A stretch of DNA of 64,000 nucleotides, from contig NW_024704743.1 of the NCBI RefSeq assembly GCF_018977255.1, forward strand, positions 76,634,001 to 76,698,000. Reading direction: 5' to 3'. Positions 39,199 through 52,739 of the stretch are shown piece after piece (the first letter of the stretch is position 1; each line of letters starts with the position of its first letter). The notes below the pieces were generated by a model. That model had not been told where the DNA came from. It saw only the letters and a program-made list of their open reading frames with translations, and did not search any database. The translations under genes and the position numbers were made by a program. This DNA is from Callorhinchus milii. Taxonomy: Eukaryota.

Positions 39199-39655
39199 CT
39201 GTTCTGCATTTTGCATTTTGACAATGCTACATCAGTTCTTTTATACTTGTTAAGAGTTCCAGTTTTCACCCACCCCTCCAATCTTCTTTCTGCTTTCTCT
39301 TCTCGTCTCCTGAGAGTACTGACTCATGCTGGGTTATGGCCTCTGTGTGGTATCTTATACAAAGTTTTAACAGGTTAAGCTCCATGAGTTCCCAAAACAG
39401 ACTATTGTCAACATGGGCCTAACACATTCTGGAATTAGATAAGCAGGATGCCATCCCCCTGCGCACTAATTTTCAGATACAAACACAATTTCCATGTGTA
39501 GGTGGCATGGATTTGTGCAACTCGAGTTTGGATAATTTTAAGCACAGTAATGGGATCCTTTATGAGTCAGATACCAGCTAACCCAAAAGGGGCCGATTGT
39601 GGGAAGGAGAAGACCCTAGCTCAATTCTGTCCTCACCACACATAAAACCTAGCAC

Positions 39656-39870
39656 TTACTTTTTATATAGCACTTCTTTACATCTACAACATCTCAAAGC
39701 ACTTTAGACTGCACAAGTAATCACTATCAAATATAAAGACTGTTTTTGTAGTCAAATAGTCTTGGTGAGAATGATAAATTAATTTGGCGATTGTTGGCCA
39801 CAAAACCAGGAGAAACTGCCTGCCTTCTCTTTTTAAAAACTTTCATGAGATTTTTAATATCCACCTGAAG
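39656..39870 (-). mobile_element. Decayed DeuSINE
   Basis: catctcaaagcactt...caggagaaactgcc...catgagatttttaatatccacctgaa. Confidence 0.6.
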
Positions 39871-41367
39871 ACCTACATGTGACCCAGACACAATAAGCTA
39901 AATGACTAACTGTGCTGATAATTTCTCTATCTGTGTGATCAGATATCCGTTCCTGAATGCCGCAGGTTAGTTACTCTGGCTAGGACTGAGGCTTTCAGGA
40001 ACCCTCAACTTCATTATAGATAGAGACTAATTCAAGATACAGAGAAAACAAAATCTGTTGTTTATTTTTTCAGCTTAAGGTCAACAGCCTCACAGTAAGA
40101 TAAAGGATGCAAATCTGGGCTATTGGCAGTAACCATCTTTGTAAAGGTTTTTGAGGTCATTACTAACAAACCTCACACAAGGGGACTTGATACACACTGA
40201 AAAAAAAACAACCGAAGCTACTGATGCTCTAAGATGTTGTTTCAAGATGAAAGCCTACTCTGCATGCCCCCATCTCACCTTGATCAATGCCTTCCTCACA
40301 AATGTGCAATAGATAGCTCAGAGGAATATGGACCTGCAAAGTCTTGGGCTGCAAGCCCTTTGGTTAGGCCTCTCCTTCAAAGAACTCATCCCCAAAAGTT
40401 GGTAAGAGTTTTGAGAGATAGCATTGGGGATGAAAAGATTGTATACAAACAATGAGGAACCCAGACGTGTGTTCAGTCTGCACTTAAGCACCATGCAAAT
40501 CAGCCATTGTCCTTGAAAACTGATAGATTGATTCTTAACACCTCATGAGAGTACAGACACATCACAGCAGACGCTCTCCTGGTGCACCATGATAGCAACA
40601 TAGGAATGTGAAGGACTGGAAAAGACCATTACAGTTTAGCTGGCTGGTCATTTTTTTCAAATACGTTTGCTATTTCCACTAGAAGAGGAAAACTGGAGTG
40701 TGGAAGGTCAAGTCTGTAAATGCGTATTTATACAATTTGGGACATGACATGTCATGTGACTGCCAGGATAGTGGAAGCTGAACTGGACGGACCTTGGTCT
40801 TCTTTTGCCTAGCAAATTCTTAGTACATTTGTTCTTATCTGCAAATTTAATCTGCAAATTTAATTTTTTGAATGTTATTCTCAGTTTCAACATACTAAAA
40901 GTGTCTTAAATATAATTATTATCTTATAATTAATTATTAAAATTGATATGAAATATTCATTTAAATAATCATATTGAAATGTTGAATTTCAACATTTCCA
41001 TATGAAAATCAGATTGCCAGGAAAGATAATCATCGCTTAATCACTTAAAAATTAGTTGTTGTGATGGAAGGGTGGGTTTTCTGGAGGGAGGAGATCAGAT
41101 GGGGCTTAGGACCTTTTTCAACCAAACTGTGATCTTTTAAAATGATTTTCTAATTTTCCTAATTTTGCCTTTTCCATCTCTCTTAACCTGTTTCATGCCA
41201 ATTTCTAAACAAAGGTTGCTTTGGTTCTCTTCGATATAATATTCATTTTATGCTTTTGTCAATATTTTAATGGAACCGACAAACAAAATCACTGGTACAG
41301 CAGTAGTAGGCGATAAAGAAAGACCTCCAGAAATATTGTTCCACCTTTTTGGGGTGTACTGAATGGT

Positions 41368-42120
41368 AAACAACAACAACAAAAAAAAAATCCAGTTGTA
41401 TAGCCTCTTTCACGTCAGGAGAACGTCCCAATGTGCTAGACAAGATGGAGAAAGCAAACTCAGAACTTTCAAATGTGTCAAGACCACTGGATAAGAGAGC
41501 ATAGGTCCAGGGTTATTTAGGAGCAAGTTTTGGCAAAGAGAGTAATTAGCAGCAGAAATATTTTACCAGGAAGTATGTTTGTGACCACGACACTGGACTC
41601 GTTTAAAAAATACAGTTTGATGCTGAATTGGGAAGATTGTAAATTTGGTGTTTTGGAAGGATAAGATCAAATGAGGCTTGATTCAACCCTCTCTTGTGAT
41701 CTTGAATCAGTATCTTCAGAACAGGAACAGCAACAACTTATATTTATATAGCACCTTTCACACAGTTTCACACAGGACAGTGTCTTGGGAGTCCTGTACA
41801 GTGACTCGTTGGACGACGAGCAAGGGCAGGGGAAAGTGACCATAGGCGCAATCGAAGAGGTAGGTCTTAAAGTGGGATTTAAAGATATATAGAAGAGGGG
41901 CGAAGAGTAGAGGCAAGAAGTTCCAGAGGCTAGGGATGCCGAAGGTGGCCAGGAAAGGTCGGGAGACATGCAGAAGGCCTGCAGAGGATTGGGTACGAGC
42001 AGGTCAGAGAGTTAGGAAGGTGCTGGGAGGTGAATAGATTTGTATGTGAGTGAGAATCTTGAAATTGATCCCTTTGGAGACAGAGAGCCCGTGGATCCTG
42101 GAAGAGCATAAAGGGGAGGA
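41368..42120 (-). mobile_element. Two L2 3' ends (about 41368-41530 and 41727-42120)
   Basis: (caa)n tails, stem-loops, gagaatcttgaaattgatcc (IDFKIL-like) motif. Confidence 0.75.
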
Positions 42121-42181
42121 AAATAATTCATTCTCTCCAGATATTGATCATAAATTCTGCTCCTTGGTTTTTAAAAGAATA

Positions 42182-42492
42182 ATAATAATAATCCTTGCAT
42201 TTGATATAGCACTTTTCACGCCTTCTAGACGTCTCAAAGTGCTTCACATAATATGCTGTAAAGTGAATTGACTGTATATTTGTGGGCGAAACGCAGCAGC
42301 CAATTGGCACATAGGCAGTGTCCCACAAACAGTCGTGGATTGAAAATGACCAATTTATTATTGTTTTTTTGTTTTGGAGGATTATTAGGCGTGTGGAATA
42401 AGGAAACTTACCCAAGGTTTCGCCCTGCCTAGCCTTGAACCCAGGTGCCTCACTTGGAAGGCGAGTGCTCTAACCACTGAGCTACAGGACTC
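42182..42492 (-). mobile_element. Full-length tRNA-headed SINE (short form)
   Basis: Colinear with 16008-16326; TSD AAAAGAATA at 42173-42181 and 42509-42517. Confidence 0.92.
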
Positions 42493-43139
42493 GACAGACT
42501 CTGTATTCAAAAGAATACAGATCTTAGGAAAAACAAGGAACTTTAAGGGGAAAATAGCCATGTAACAATAAATGTATTCAGTATAATTGTATATAGAATT
42601 AAGCCAGAAAACAAGTTAGCAGTTAATTTTAGTTAAACAAAGAGAACTGCAGCATTTCCAAGAATTTTGATAGGTACCACTTTTCTAGTTGTCAAGTTTA
42701 AGACGAAGGGTGAGACTGTTGCAATGTTGGTTCTAGACTCTGAGTGAATAAAACGTTTTACTATCATCTGTTTCTAACCTTTCCTGAATGTGCAACTTAT
42801 ACTTGCTAACAGTCGTGAAAATGGATCATTGGGTCAAAACAAAAGGCTGTAGCTTGCTGGCTCACGGTTGATTACCATCTGCCTTAACTACTGTTTACCA
42901 GTGGACTATTCCAGACAGTAGGATTTTTATTTTCCTTTGCAACTGCAGTATGGCTCTGAAATTGTATCTCCTTTCAGCTTCCTTTTAAGTGAGCTTGTCT
43001 TGATGGGGTCCTAAACGTTGAAGCACTGGAGGTTTTCCTGCAACAGTTCAATAATCAATCTCACTCAGAGTGATCTTCAATATAAGTTATACTGTTCAAA
43101 ATTAGCAATGTAATTAATCTAGTAACATTTTATTTTGGT

Positions 43140-43680
43140 CAGTCAGGTATCTGATACATGCAGAAACCCATCACCACACTTGAGTATCCAAGTCAGACTG
43201 AAGTTACACATATATCTACCACTTATCGTCTAAAGACCTTCCTCTTTGACTGTGCCTTCGGCCACCCTCCCACCACCCTGCCCTCCATCCCTCAAGACTC
43301 CAACTCCCAGTTCTGGGTCCAAAAACCCCTGACTGTCCCCGTGACTGGAATGGAATGTGTGCTTCATCCCTGGAGGGTCATACCCCCTTGACTTTACTTA
43401 ATATGGACTGTAACGTATTAGGCACAGGTTGGTGAGAGCCGATAGTGCGCTTTGTGATACTGCTAGAGGTTTAACTAGCTGAATAGGTTGCTATTGAGAG
43501 GACTGTCTGACAAGGTTCCTGATGCTTGTTCAGCAAGCTTCACCGTACCTTTTAGGGCTTAACATGCAGGGTTAGTATGAGTTTAGTGGGAAAAATCCCT
43601 GCCCCCAGACTGCTTTCCAAGGCCTGCTGATGAGCCAGGCTGGCTGGTCTGTCATCAGTAGTGCCCTGGTCATTTGACAT
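43140..43680 (+). repeat. Unclassified dispersed repeat (copy 2) with an inserted L2 3' fragment (about 43225-43390)
   Basis: gaaacccatcaccacacttgagtatccaagtcagactg...tattaggcacaggttggtgaga matches 11580-11995. Confidence 0.7.
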
Positions 43681-45614
43681 AAAACAAGCACAGGCTTGAG
43701 CCCTCATTAGGTGGTTCGTAGGTACCAGGAACTTCCTGCAAGCTTCCTGGTGAGCAACACAGAAATGCGATAGTGCTACTATTGAATGAGAAAAATATTA
43801 CCTGGGACTCTGTCCTTTGTAAAAGAAAATCCACCATAAGCATTCTGGCAACTTTGTCAAGTCAGAAGATAGCAATATCTGTGAATATGGAAGGCAGCGA
43901 CATCATTTCCATTGTTTAGGGAGTGCTAATCTGGTTTCTGTTGCTGTTGTAACGTCCATTAAACTGGGATTGTAGTATTCAACATCTGATTATCTGTAGG
44001 GCATAATTTTCGAGTATTTTATTTAGTAATGGCGCTATTGTAAACTGGATGTTGATTGCCCTGATCTCGGCTTCACTGTTATCGTTGAGAACAGTGTCAG
44101 GGAAGGGGAATGGTTCACCTCTGGCACATCCAGGCACATTTGATGTGATCAATCTCAAATGTATCACTAAATTGAGCTCAGTAATGAGTCTTCTTTGCCA
44201 GGGTGTTTTGCTGTCCTGCCCACCATAACTGAACTGATGTGAAATCATTAAAACTGCCCTTAAGCAGCTATTGATCTTATTTGGATGTCTTAAGCATCAA
44301 AATAGCACATTCAATAATTGCCAGATATGCAATGTTTGTAATGGTGATTTTATCTATCCTATTAGTGAAAGGCTTTCTTCTTTTTGGGCCTGTTAGTACA
44401 ATGAGTGGTTGCACTGCAGCATTCCATCATAATTCCTGCTTGCAGTTGATGTGCAAAGCCTAACTGTCTCTCCCAAGTTTCATTAAACTTAATGTGTGGC
44501 TGTCAGTGTGACTCCAACTGATTCAAGTACACTCACAAAAATGTGCTATAAATAGGAGAGCTGGTGGGGGGAAGGGCAGGGGGGTCTAAAGTATTCTAAC
44601 AATGAGTTACAATAGCTGAAGAAAGGAATGCATTGCCTCAATAAATGGAAGATGAGCAGTGTTTGTTAGTGTTTGACGCACTTAAAGGCAACACAGTGCC
44701 TTGGGACACTCCCAACGTGAAAGGCTCTATACAAATATAATTTGTTGTTGTTAAAGGTACTTATTTAACATTGTATCTTATTTCTGTTGAAAAATATAAA
44801 AATGCAAAATTAGTACAAAACACTACTGCAATTGTTGTTGCTGTCTTCAAAGCTTGATTTTCTTAAACTGATCTTTTTCAGTATTAATTGAATTTCAATT
44901 TTAATGATATACTGTTATTTATAACATTAAACAGCTGCTTTGTACTGTGCCATTCACTTAATCAGCTTCTAAATTTACTGTTTTAAGATCAAAGCAGAGG
45001 TCTGATGTTTTTAGCTCAAAGAATTACCAGGTTCAGTAGGATGTTAATATTCTCATAGACAAAAATCAGAAATCAATGTATGTGTGCACGTAAATGCAAA
45101 TTGGTCAGCTTTCAACTGGGATCTCTGATACTGTGAACAGTCAGCTATATGGGTGGAAGAGTTGAATGGGTAAAACAGTAGTGATGCATTGTAAATTTTA
45201 ATTTGCAATCCAAAAAAAAACATCTTATTCTCTTGTGATTTATAAGTGTGCTTTATTTACAAAGTAAAGCAATTAATTTGGATAAAACTTAAAGTTTATA
45301 AGAAATCAACTTGGACTACACAATAGAACATATTCCAGTCTTTCCATTATTCCCAAGATTGGCTTAAATGCAGCATTTTCTCTATCACTCGTTTAAAATG
45401 GTTGAATTGAACAGAATAAAATACTTGTGATAACAAATACTTTGTGTCTCAGAATGAAGTATACAAATAGATTGAGTCATTAATAAATGACAGCCAGCAC
45501 AGATTCAGAAGGGATGGATATGGTCTGACTGACCCCATAGTCAAGTTGGTGGCATCCCAAATTGACTGGGAAACCATATTACATTGTATATCTATACAAA
45601 AAGATATTTGATAA

Positions 45615-45755
45615 AGCGGGAGAAGTGACTGCTTTGTGGAGAGCGGACAGAGTGTGTCTTACTTGTGGAGAGCTTGCAGGGTATGCCTGACTTGTGGAAA
45701 TTGGGTACAGTGTGTCTGACCTGGTTGAAGTGGGCAGAGTGTTTCTGAATTGTGG
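45615..45755. repeat. Degenerate 29-bp minisatellite, about 5 units
   Basis: ttgtgg recurs at 45634, 45663, 45692 and 45750; unit approximately cagagtgtgtctgacttgtggagagcggg. Confidence 0.8.
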
Positions 45756-45781
45756 CAACAAGGCAGTATATATAATATATA

Positions 45782-45935
45782 TAATATCGCTTTATCACAA
45801 TGTTGAGACGTCTCAAAGCACTTCACAAAATATACTGTAAAGTGAATTGGCTGTATATTTTGTATGCAAAATGAGACAACCAATTGCGCACAGCAGTGTC
45901 CCACAAAAAGTTTTGGATTGAGTGACCAAATTATT
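45782..45935 (-). mobile_element. SINE 3' half
   Basis: gagacgtctcaaagcacttcac...caattgcgcacagcagtgtcccaca. Confidence 0.8.
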
Positions 45936-48719
45936 ATCGTTATAAGAACCGTCGAGTATATCAGAGGTGCAAAGCTTTTATGTAAAAATGAAAGGTTCAA
46001 TTTACTGTGCTAGACACATAAAGTATTAACTGCTTTAAATATACTGAAGCCTGGGATTGTTTAAATCAAATTGAAGTCTTGATCAGTTTACCCTATTTTT
46101 CCAAGAAAAAGATGAATTGTAGCCGGAATTTGATCTTATCGTGACTGCAGCTGCTTGAAAAAACATGGTCTGATCATTTTAAAAACTTGCTTGTGTCACT
46201 CTGAAAATTTAAGAATCTTTTAAAACCTCCAAACAAAAAGCATACCTTCAATCATGATTTTTTCTAAAGTGTTTCTTTTTGCCAAAAGTCTGTTAAGAAA
46301 GAGAAAATAATACCATTTTATAATGATCTCTAATATACTCATGGTTTATGGCTCCCCCACTAATAGAGACCCAGTATAAAGCTCTCCTCCCCATAACGTG
46401 TTATGTGCTTCCCAATTATATAATTATAAAGGCCATCTACTGTTTTACTATATCAATCAATCCTCATTTTATAGTACATTGTAAAGCGCATGACAATGTT
46501 GAACTTTCTGAAAGAATCCTGGAAGAATTCTGACTATTTTTGAATGTGGTTTAGAAATGCGCCCTTCCATATCAGATTTGGTCTTTACTAGACTTCATTG
46601 TATTTTGTAAGTCACTCATACATAGTTATTATATTATACAGTGTATACAGTATTTGAGTTCATTCCATTGACTTGAACAAACAGATTCCTCTTGACTTCG
46701 ATCTTCAGATAGGATTAGTTATTTACTGTCTAAGTGCAAAATACATGCCTTTATAACATAATGAACTGTAAGATATTAATCAAATGATTGGTAAGAAGTT
46801 ATTAAAGCTTTTTTTTTGTGCAAAATGTGGTTCATTAGCCTTAACATAAAGACCCCATTCTGTGAGCATCATACAGACGCCTGTCCCCCCCCCCCACCCA
46901 AACAACTATGAACTACCAACCAAATCCTGGCCTCCAGGCTCCCAGGATGGATTATCTGGTCCATAGGCTGGTTCATCCAAAGTAAATTAGATTTATACAG
47001 GGAAAGCTTCTCTATTCCCTACTGAGAATTCTTTTGTTATTCTCATTTTGTATAATTTTAAAATTCCTGCTCTAATTAGGATTAACCCTGAGTGCAACTG
47101 AGGTATTCAACAAGGCTGTATTCCTTGTGCTCAAGACAATGGCCTTTGAAGGTACATTTCGAAATTGCTTCAAAGCCAAAGCTCTGAATGGATATTCATC
47201 TTTATATTCTGATTGGATCTAATAAGGTGAAAAAAAATGACTACTATAATAGATAGCACCCCAGTTCGCTTTTCACTCAATATGTTCTGGCAGAAATTAA
47301 AGTTACAGTATTAAAATGTCAGCAACAACAACTTACATTTATGTAGCGCCCTTCACACCAGACGGCATCTTGGAGCTCTTCCACTACAATTTGTAAGATC
47401 TACTTGGTGAGAATTTAAGAGAGACTAAAATATTGCTTCTGATCACAAGATATTTGACTGCAGCCAACAAATATCAACTTCTTAGTGGACATTCTCCCTT
47501 TTTTGGTGTCTGGCACACAAAAACTATCACGATGCTTAAAAGCACAGAGCTAGATGTTATATGTACATGGAGCGAGAGCACTATGTATTTGCTCACAAAA
47601 TGCAGTCATTACACTTTACAGTATACCCTATGAAGTACTTTGAAACGTCATCCTGGCGGACACAGATCAAATGCAAGAATATACAAACCAGATGAACGAT
47701 TCAACAATTATATGCCACTTATGTATAGAGATGTCCCTGTGTCTGAAATTGATTGTATAGGTTGGTGAGAGGCAAGGCTTGGGGACCTCAGAGTGAGCAC
47801 TGGGGGTTATTGCTGGAATTCAACCAACTAAACCCACGTAGATTGCCATTGACTGCACTGTCTAGCAAGCTGCTTGTTCAGCTTTGACCGCTTACCGTTA
47901 GGGTTTTTGCTGAATTTCCCAAGCTTTCGCAACTTGCACCTAATATTGTCTGGAATTGTGTAAGCAGGATGCGTCCTTACAGGGAAAGAGCAAGCATTTT
48001 ATTCCAAAATACAGGAATTTGCATTTGTAGGTGCGATGCATGGCACTCTATTTGGTTTGGATATTCTTGAACATGGTGATGGGATTCCACATGTAGCAAA
48101 CATCTGGATAACCAAACGAAAACCTCACATCCGTGATAACATCCTGGAGAATCTATCTCCTCTGCACTCTTAGAGTTTTGCAGCTCAGACAATGCTTCAG
48201 ACTCTTGGCAATGACTATGTAAAGCGTTCACTAAGTGGGACTAGCTGCGGTGATTTGTAATGAGGACATTTGCTTTCCCCTAGTGAGTTCCCTAACCTTG
48301 GGAAGAAAATATGGGATTGTATATATTCAACCAACTTCTTAATTGGGTTATGATCAGTGTGATAAGGCAGAAATTAATTCAGCAAAGGCAACAATCCCTA
48401 GAGGATATTCAAAGCCTCCAAAAGAGCTATATTATAGATTACTGTGAGTTTAATTCCTCATATGTTAGGCATTACTTTGACACTGTTTATTAGTAGTGCA
48501 GTGTATTATACTGCCAACTCTGCATTGTACTCTCGATTACCATGATCACACTTTATTAAACTAATGTTCAAATACCAGTTATATTTCATGTTAGTGTAGC
48601 AGTTCTACCTATTCTTAGATAGGTTAAAAAAAATACTTCCTGGGATGTTTCAGACTTAAGAGATCACCTCCTAATTCCATTAAGAAAATTCCATTAAGAA
48701 AATTAAATTATATAATTGG

Positions 48720-49038
48720 CTCCCCTGTCACAGAACTCCAACCTGCTCGCACCCATTCCTCGCCTTTCCCCCTTACTCGGCCAGCCTGGATCTTTTGTGC
48801 GTCCCTTGACTTCTCTGCTGCACCATTGGCGGCTATGCCTTCAGCCACTCTGCCACAACTCCCTGGCTCAATTCCTCCACCTTGCCCTTTCCCAAATTTA
48901 GATCATATCTGAAAATGTTCTTCTTCAACTGCCACCTCTCTTTTACCCCTGGCTCAGCGTCAAACTGCACCATTGTTCAGTGCTCTCAGACTCTACCCCA
49001 TGTGAAGGGCACCATATAAATGCCAGTTGTTGTTGTTG
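48720..49038 (+). mobile_element. Decayed L2 3' end
   Basis: ccattggcggctatgccttcagccact...gtgaagggcaccatataaatgccag(ttg)n. Confidence 0.75.
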
Positions 49039-49907
49039 ACCTTTAAGACTAAATATGTCTTGGCATTCTGGACAATTACCGCTGAAATGTTTTGAGATCT
49101 TTTAGCTTGATTAAGCACTCTCAAAATGTAAATTCTTCTCTGTTCTTTGAATACTTTTAGACTCTATGATTTTACTGTATTGAGTAATGGTGTATTGAGT
49201 AATTCATCAGTTACCCAGCACTGATGTAATGTTTGTTGTAAGCAATATAAAGGGTGCTGTTATCACTGTTAATGTTATGTAAAGAGATCTCTTATGATAG
49301 TGCAAGTATGCTGTTTCCATCAATGTGCCAGTTTCTTGACAGAGTTATGGTATTTATTTTAGTTCTCCAGTTTCCAAATTATAGATGGTAGGTTGCCTTT
49401 GAGTTACAGCAACATTTTGGTACTTTGTGGGACTGGGAGAAGTATTTCTCAGTGATTTTGTACTTTTAACTGGATTTATCATACGATAATATTACGAGAT
49501 GTTGCAGTATCTTTCTTGACTGTTCAGTAATACAGTGCTTCTCACTTTCCGGTTCAGGTCAGATTTAGCAATATTTGAAACCAACGCAAGTTAACATTTC
49601 CCACCACAGCTTGTCTGCCAAAGCAGTTTTATTTATTTACTTGCACTGGGTTATGGGCCAAGCCATAATAAAACATTGCCAAAAGGAAAATACTGTCTAT
49701 TGTCTAGCTCAGTCAAACTTCCTACTTGCTATTTTAGCAGAATTCAAGTGTGTCAGTCTTCCCTAATGGCTTTAGAGAGTAACTGTGCCACACACTCACT
49801 GGACGATCCCAGGTTTAATCTGACGTAACTGATTTTAGCAGGGCAACAGAAAATATGCCTTGTATTAAGGAGGGGAAATCAGCCAGGATTCTGATCAGGA
49901 GCACTAA

Positions 49908-50195
49908 ATAATAATGATAATTCTTGCATTTATTAAAGTGGCTTATCATGTCTTCGAGACGTCTCAAAGTGCTTCACAGAGTATACTGTAAAGTTAATTG
50001 ACTGTATATTTTTGTGGGGTAAAATGCAGCCTCCAATTACACACAGCAGTGTCGCACAAACAGTTGTGGAGTGAATGACCAAATTTTTTTTAAAAGGGAT
50101 TGTTATCCTCGGAAAAAATGATCCACCAATCGACTAACAACCAGTTTCCTACTTACTGCTAGGTAAACAATGTATGGAGTAAGGAAACTTGCCTA
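49908..50195 (-). mobile_element. Long-form SINE, head truncated
   Basis: SINE tail and core plus central block ccaatcgactaacaaccagtttcctacttactgctaggtaaaca. Confidence 0.8.
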
Positions 50196-50480
50196 AACTT
50201 GCCTGAAGTTCTTCAACTAAAGTTCTTTTATATGAAAGGCATTGCAGGAGAACACTGTTATAACACAAGTTCACTTATAATGTAATTGGGATGTGAACCT
50301 GACATTTTTTTAAACTTAAAAATCCTAAATCCCAACATCACTCATCAAAATCAGTTGTCGTGCTTCAAATCACGTCGTCCTATATCAAATCCCATTGTTG
50401 GGCATCGAGTCGGGCCAGCAGTATAGAATGTGAAGAGCAATAATAGGATTTAAAGCACGACGTATGTCATGGAGTAGTTC

Positions 50481-50740
50481 AACAACAGCAAATTGTACTT
50501 CAGGTCGCAAAGAGTCCCAGGGTGCTGGACAATCGGGATTTGGACCCAAGCTGGGAGTTGGGGTCAGAAGGGGAGGAAGGCAGTTGGGGGTGGGAGGCTA
50601 GACGAAGGCACGGTCGAAGAGGAAGGTCTTCATATGGGACTTGAAGAAGGCAAGAGACGGGGTGAGATCGAGGGATTGCGGGATAGAATTCGAGAGTGTG
50701 GGGCAGAGATGCTGATGGTGGGGTGGGAAATGCAGGGGTC
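50481..50740 (-). mobile_element. L2 3' end
   Basis: caacaacagc tail, gaaggcacggtcgaagaggaaggtcttc. Confidence 0.75.
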
Positions 50741-51583
50741 CTGAAGCAAGTTGGTGTCGCAGTTAACAATGCACTGTGAATAGAGCCTGTAATAGCACAG
50801 TAGTTGGGGTTCATAAAATACCAACCAGTGTTATGTCAGCAGTCTGCACTCACTGTGTACATGCACAGAAATCTGGCTCTTTTCATACCTTGTTATTTGC
50901 TTTGCTTTCTAGTTTTGTACATCTGCAAACATGGAGATTTTGCTTCATCAAAGGCTTTATACAGAACAGTCTAAGCCATCTATTGTATACTAAGTCACTA
51001 TATCTAAGCCATATATTAAAAGTATCAAGAATCTTAAGTCTCTCAATACCTGATTCATAGCAATGTTTTCTTTATTCCTATTACATTTCTCCATATGTTT
51101 CTGTTTTGTCAGTTGGCATGGAGTTAAATATGATGCAAAGGCTGAAGAGATTTCTGCAGATAACTTTAGATTTTGGTATCTGTGAAAGAAAGTGGTTCAT
51201 ATCCTGCTTTTGGTAGCTGTGACTATATATATTAAACCATATTCATTATTTATTTTCAGGTTATCACCCCTTTGTGTGATTGTGTCATTATGATAATAAT
51301 TTGAGTTCTGTCCACCTTGTATTTAAGTGGCTCCTGGTTGCCTTGACATAGTATTTCCAAATGTACACCTAGATTCAGATTACTTCTCATATTGTTTGTT
51401 GGACAGTGCTGATGTAAATTAGCTGCTGTGGTTGCTTTTATAATTCCATTTATAACTTAATTTATAATTAAACTTGTTTTATAAAGTGCTTTGAGGCATT
51501 TAGTTTATGCGAAAGACACTCTAAATTGTATATACATGGTAGTCAGGCTCTGGCTCTGTTAAGCGCTCTGAGAAGCTACCCTT

Positions 51584-52739
51584 CGTACTGTCTCATGTGG
51601 TGTCCCTCAGGGCTCTGTCCTCGGTCCCCTCCTCTTCACCCTCTATATGCTCCCCCTCGGTGACATCATCCGCAAACATGGGGTTAACTTCCACATGTAT
51701 GCGGATGACACCCAACTCTACCTTTCCTCCTCTACTCTCAACTCCACGACCACCGATGTCCTGACAGCCTGCCTGTCCGACATCGAGTCCTGGACGAGAG
51801 ACAACTTTCTTCAGCTCAACGTGCGAAAAACCGAGGCCCTCCTGATTGGCTCACGTCAGCGCCTCCGCACCTCAGGCGCTGACACCATCAGCATCCAAGG
51901 CTGCACTCTCCACCTCTCAAAGCCAGTCAGGAACCTCGGCGTTTTGTTCGACCCTGAGCTGTCCTTTCTCCCTCACATCCGCACCACAACTGGCACCGCC
52001 TTCCATCACCTCCGGAACATCGCCAGATTACGGCACTACCTCACCCCTCACGCTGCTGAAACCCTGGTTCACGCCTTTGTCACCTCAAGGCTGGACTATG
52101 GGAACTCTCTCCTCGCCGGCCTTCCCGCCACCTCCCTCCACAAGCTGCAGGTCATTCAGAACTCTGCAGCTCGTGTACTGTCCCGCACCAGGCTTCGGGA
52201 CCACATCACTCCCACCCTCGCTCGCCTCCACTGGCTCCCCATCCCCCAGAGGATTGATTTCAAGATCCTCATCCTCACCTACAAGGCCATTCACGGCCTC
52301 GCTCCCTCCTACCTCTCCAACCTACTATCCCCCTACCTACCTGCCCGTACCCTCCGTTCCTCTGGCTCCGGTCTGCTCCACGTCCCCCGCCCCAACCGCC
52401 CTACTATCGGTGGTCGGGCCTTCAGCCTCTCAGCCCCGAGGCTCTGGAACTCCATCCCCCAGTGCCTTCGCCGCTTCCTCCCTTTCCTCCTTCAAGGCCG
52501 GTCTCAAAACCTTTCTCTTTGACCGTGCCTTCAGCTCCCCTCTCGACTCTCTTCCTCCTCCTCGCTCCCTCCCTTCCCTCCCCTCACCCTGACCATTTCC
52601 CCCTCCTCTCTCCCTCCCTTCCCTCCCCTCACCCTGACCATTTCCCCCCTGCTCGGGTCATGACCCAACTGTGCAGCGCCTTGGGACGTCCTCCTGACGT
52701 GAAAGGCGCTCTATAAATGGAATCTTGTTGTTGTTGTTG
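51584..52739 (+). mobile_element. Young 5'-truncated L2 LINE, same subfamily as 2690-4045
   Basis: Open RT frame (ORF 51647-52522, YADD), tandem duplication in the 3' UTR, (TTG)n tail, TSD TTCGT; nested in an older L2 tail (about 51541-52772). Confidence 0.96.

Noticed and set aside
39600..39625. Resemblance to 28S GGGGAAAGAAGACCCT
   Set aside because: Too short; better explained as part of an old SINE
45615..45755. CRISPR-like periodicity
   Set aside because: Degenerate tandem units without unique spacers, in eukaryotic context with no cas genes
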